Shown in pieces: positions 61,375 through 64,000 of a stretch of DNA of 64,000 bases. Below the pieces are notes generated by a model. It had not been told where the DNA came from. It saw nothing but the letters and a program-made list of their open reading frames with translations, and did no database searches. A program made the translations under genes and the position numbers. Source of the stretch: an uncultured Spirochaetota bacterium (GTDB taxonomy: Bacteria; Spirochaetota; Brevinematia; Brevinematales; JAOACQ01); the NCBI GenBank assembly GCA_963768055.1, contig CAVYGN010000001.1, positions 512,001 to 576,000 on the forward strand, given 5' to 3'. Numbering within the stretch: position 1 is the stretch's first letter; the number at the start of each line of letters is the position of its first letter.

Positions 61375-62637
61375 CTATTCTCTCCCCGATTCTTTCATTT
61401 TAATCTTTTTATACATATCGCTCTCCCCGATTTCAAAAAGAGACGGCCAGATTTTATATGTCATTTCTTTTGGCAAAGGCACAATTTTACTTTTCTCAAT
61501 ATGATTCCTGAAATGATGCACGATACACTCCCGTACCGGAAAACGGCACATCCTTGTAAACGAATCCCAGATTACGGAGAATCTCTCATTTTTCACATTC
61601 CCGATCCCGGCTTTTAACAGAACGCATGGCGTCACAAATCCTTCCGAATCTATATATACATTTTGTCCGGCCGTTGCCATGCATCCGAAATTATAACTTT
61701 CCTCATTATACCATGGCATAACAATCGATATTTTTCTACCGGATCTGTTTTGCTTCTTATAATAGTCGATCAGTTCTTTTTTATTGCTTTCAGTAAGGTA
61801 AAAATTTGTATCATTAGTTTTTATAGCATTTCCAACCGGACGTATTTCATTGATCTGAATAGAGTGAGCGCCAAGCGATTCTGCAAAATCAACAACCTTA
61901 TATATTTCTTTCGTTATAACCATATCACTTGTAGTGCAACTGACAACAGAAACATAAAATCCGAGTTTAACCGATTCCTTTATTGTAAAAATGGCCGATT
62001 CATATGCTTTATCATTATGCCTTCGTTTATTATGTACAGATGCATCATAATGATCCAGGCTTACACATATTCCATTCAGCCCCGCTTCCCGCAGAGCGGC
62101 CAGTTTTTCACATGTTGCTCCGATACCTGAGGTAAATATACGGGTATCCAGGCGCTTGCTCGAATAACGCACCATCTCAGCCAGGTCATCAAATCGCATC
62201 AAAGGCTCACCGCCGACGAAGAAAACGATGAAAAACTCCTTATCGATGATGTCGTCTATTGTATTTTTTAGTATTTCCAGCGATAAATCATTTTCTTTTA
62301 TCTGTGTATTCTGGACATGACAGTGATCGCAGCAGCATAGACATTGGTTTGTTATGGATATTTGAGCGTAATTCGGTTTCAACGGATAGCGGTCAACGCT
62401 GTTATTTTCAAGCATCTTATTGAAAAATGATCCGGGAAAATAGGGCATAAACGGGTTTGAGAAAAACTTATTTCCTACGGAGATATATTTTGCATCGTTT
62501 AATTTAGAGGCAATGAGAAATTGTTTTCGAAGTGTGAATAATAATCCGGAAAAAGGCGACTTACCGAGAATAAAAGATAAACAATTGTATCGAAGGATAT
62601 AGAAAAAGATACGGATTTTAATGATATACTGCTTCAT
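61375..62637 (-). CDS. Radical SAM/SPASM-twitch protein
   Basis: CLCCCDHC (CxxxCxxC), GGEP, SLD, GC..YIDSEG.VTPC..GNV..IW. Confidence 0.88.
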   Translation of the reverse strand: MKQYIIKIRIFFYILRYNCLSFILGKSPFSGLLFTLRKQFLIASKLNDAKYISVGNKFFSNPFMPYFPGSFFNKMLENNSVDRYPLKPNYAQISITNQCLCCCDHCHVQNTQIKENDLSLEILKNTIDDIIDKEFFIVFFVGGEPLMRFDDLAEMVRYSSKRLDTRIFTSGIGATCEKLAALREAGLNGICVSLDHYDASVHNKRRHNDKAYESAIFTIKESVKLGFYVSVVSCTTSDMVITKEIYKVVDFAESLGAHSIQINEIRPVGNAIKTNDTNFYLTESNKKELIDYYKKQNRSGRKISIVMPWYNEESYNFGCMATAGQNVYIDSEGFVTPCVLLKAGIGNVKNERFSVIWDSFTRMCRFPVRECIVHHFRNHIEKSKIVPLPKEMTYKIWPSLFEIGESDMYKKIKMKESGRE

Positions 62638-63434
62638 AAGTTACCTCTATTTTCTATTAAGAAAGTAAATATAATATAGATCACCGGCGAGAGAAGAATC
62701 ATGCTATCAAGTCTATCAAGCATCCCGCCTTGCGGGCCGAGAATATTGGAAAAGTCCTTTATCCTCAATTGACGTTTTATTGCACTTACAAGAAGGTCGC
62801 CAGCAGTTGCACATATAAATACGGTGATCATGATCGTTACCGCATTTAGTAATGTCATTTCGCCAGATAGAAAAAGCAGGAAATAAGTCGTTGCGGCGAT
62901 GAAAGCGAAGAAAAAACCGCCGATCAGGCCGCTTATTGTTTTTCGAGGGCTGATTGATGGAATAAGGAAGGGGCCGCCGAAATTCGTTCCTACAACCTGT
63001 GAATATGCATCGGCTATTGCGAGTATTAAAAATATGTATAATAACTTTGTCCCGTCGATAACATATGATAGCCGGATAAAACATAACGGCAGCAGAATGA
63101 GAAGAATTAAAATTACTATTGATAATAATATTTTTCTATGGAGCGGAAGCGAGCTTTTTTTTATCTGCACCGCGAATTCAACCGCTGCAATGAGCGTCAG
63201 GAGAATAAGCAGGATATAAAAACAATATTCACAAAAGATGATTGCAGAGAAAATCGCGGCCTGAAACAGAACAAATCCGACAAACTTCTTTCGAACTCCT
63301 GTTTTCGAATCCTGCAATAAAGCGGTTTTATTTGAACCAAATATTTTTTTGAGAATCGTATCAATGACGAGCGCACTGACAGACCAGACTGAGATGTATA
63401 GATAAAAAGTTAAAATGTCATGTATGCTATGCAT
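62634..63434 (-). CDS. cdsA: Phosphatidate cytidylyltransferase
   Basis: ISPRKT.SG.IGG, GDL..S.IKR...IKDFS, GGMLDRLDS; ATG 63434 overlaps the upstream stop. Confidence 0.88.
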   Translation of the reverse strand: MHSIHDILTFYLYISVWSVSALVIDTILKKIFGSNKTALLQDSKTGVRKKFVGFVLFQAAIFSAIIFCEYCFYILLILLTLIAAVEFAVQIKKSSLPLHRKILLSIVILILLILLPLCFIRLSYVIDGTKLLYIFLILAIADAYSQVVGTNFGGPFLIPSISPRKTISGLIGGFFFAFIAATTYFLLFLSGEMTLLNAVTIMITVFICATAGDLLVSAIKRQLRIKDFSNILGPQGGMLDRLDSMILLSPVIYIIFTFLIENRGNL

Positions 63435-63999
63435 TGAAACCCGCCGGAACACGTAATTGTAATGACGATTTATGGCAGCGAATTTTCCATAAATTATTAG
63501 GCGGTAAGTCCTCTCCGTCTCCAAACGCAGGCACAGCATCTTTGTAGGTAATAGTAATTTCTTCCACTTCATTGCGAATAAGCCATTGATCTTTGTTATA
63601 TAGTATGCCAAGTTTAAGTTTAACCAGCGATTTGAGAAGTGACAGACCGTGAGGATTACTAAATACGACAACATGAAATTTCCCGTCGTTTGGTATCGTT
63701 TGCGGCGCGAGTACGATTTGCTTGCCGAGATTCGGCTGGTTTGTGAATATTATCGCGAGGTGTTTTATATCTTTCCTGTCATTGTCTATGATAAGCGATG
63801 CGTGAAGAGGGATAGGACATTTAAATATAGAATGCCAGCAAAGCAGTACGGAATATAGCGCGCCTTGTGTGGCCCTGTATAACAATTCCCCGATCTTCGA
63901 TAATTTGATGCGATTAGCGCTATCGGCAATATTGTATCCGATGCCGAATCCGCCGCCGGTAAGAATGTGCCTGCCGTTTGCGCTAACTGTATCATAACC
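63427..63999 (-). CDS. Diacylglycerol/lipid kinase family protein, 5' end outside window
   Basis: Frame open to the edge: D.VSANGRH..GGFG, NQP.LG, AP....DGKF, GDGE. Confidence 0.8.
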   Translation of the reverse strand, partial: GYDTVSANGRHILTGGGFGIGYNIADSANRIKLSKIGELLYRATQGALYSVLLCWHSIFKCPIPLHASLIIDNDRKDIKHLAIIFTNQPNLGKQIVLAPQTIPNDGKFHVVVFSNPHGLSLLKSLVKLKLGILYNKDQWLIRNEVEEITITYKDAVPAFGDGEDLPPNNLWKIRCHKSSLQLRVPAGFNA

Positions 64000-64000
64000 G

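Noticed and set aside
63435..63995. Long N-terminal extension of cdsA and ORF 63786-63995
   Set aside because: Both overlap the lipid kinase reading frame, which is open to the window edge
1..64000. CRISPR array, rRNA, and the many short antisense/nested ORFs in the track
   Set aside because: No regularly spaced repeats or rRNA motifs seen; the nested ORFs shadow well-supported genes and lack motifs

Overview
Bacterial genomic window with no rRNA, intact tRNA or CRISPR array. The LacI-sensor/GGDEF and membrane-AraC proteins and the TolC suggest a diderm, possibly a spirochaete, but this is inference only. (1) 1-8.1 kb: a partial GH8 lipoprotein divergent from an NAD-dependent epimerase/dehydratase, a sugar-sensor GGDEF protein, and a chimeric double-AraC regulator split by a frameshift. 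(2) 8.4-35.5 kb: a ~27 kb co-oriented biosynthetic cluster. It has 8 radical-SAM domains, an ACP plus ATP-grasp ligase (BtrI/BtrJ-like), 3 GT2 domains and a GT-B glycosyltransferase, two repeat-module methyltransferases, three mosaic dienelactone-hydrolase-fragment/radical-SAM fusions, a GT2-MTase-methylthiotransferase-like triple fusion, an ABC-HlyD-TolC exporter and a nitroreductase. A conserved ~100 bp palindrome/promoter element occurs three times and links the cluster to the GH8/epimerase pair. (3) 35.5-48.3 kb: PadR/MTase, GH5-GH51-sugar ABC genes, small stress-type genes, a MITE and gene fragments. (4) 48.3-58.7 kb: a defence island starting at a degenerate tRNA-3'-end-like site, with TA modules (most toxins broken), Fic and a type I R-M system with frameshifted hsdR. 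(5) 58.7-64 kb: an MsbA-like ABC exporter and a phospholipid operon containing a radical-SAM gene. All family calls come from motifs recognised by eye, not from database searches.
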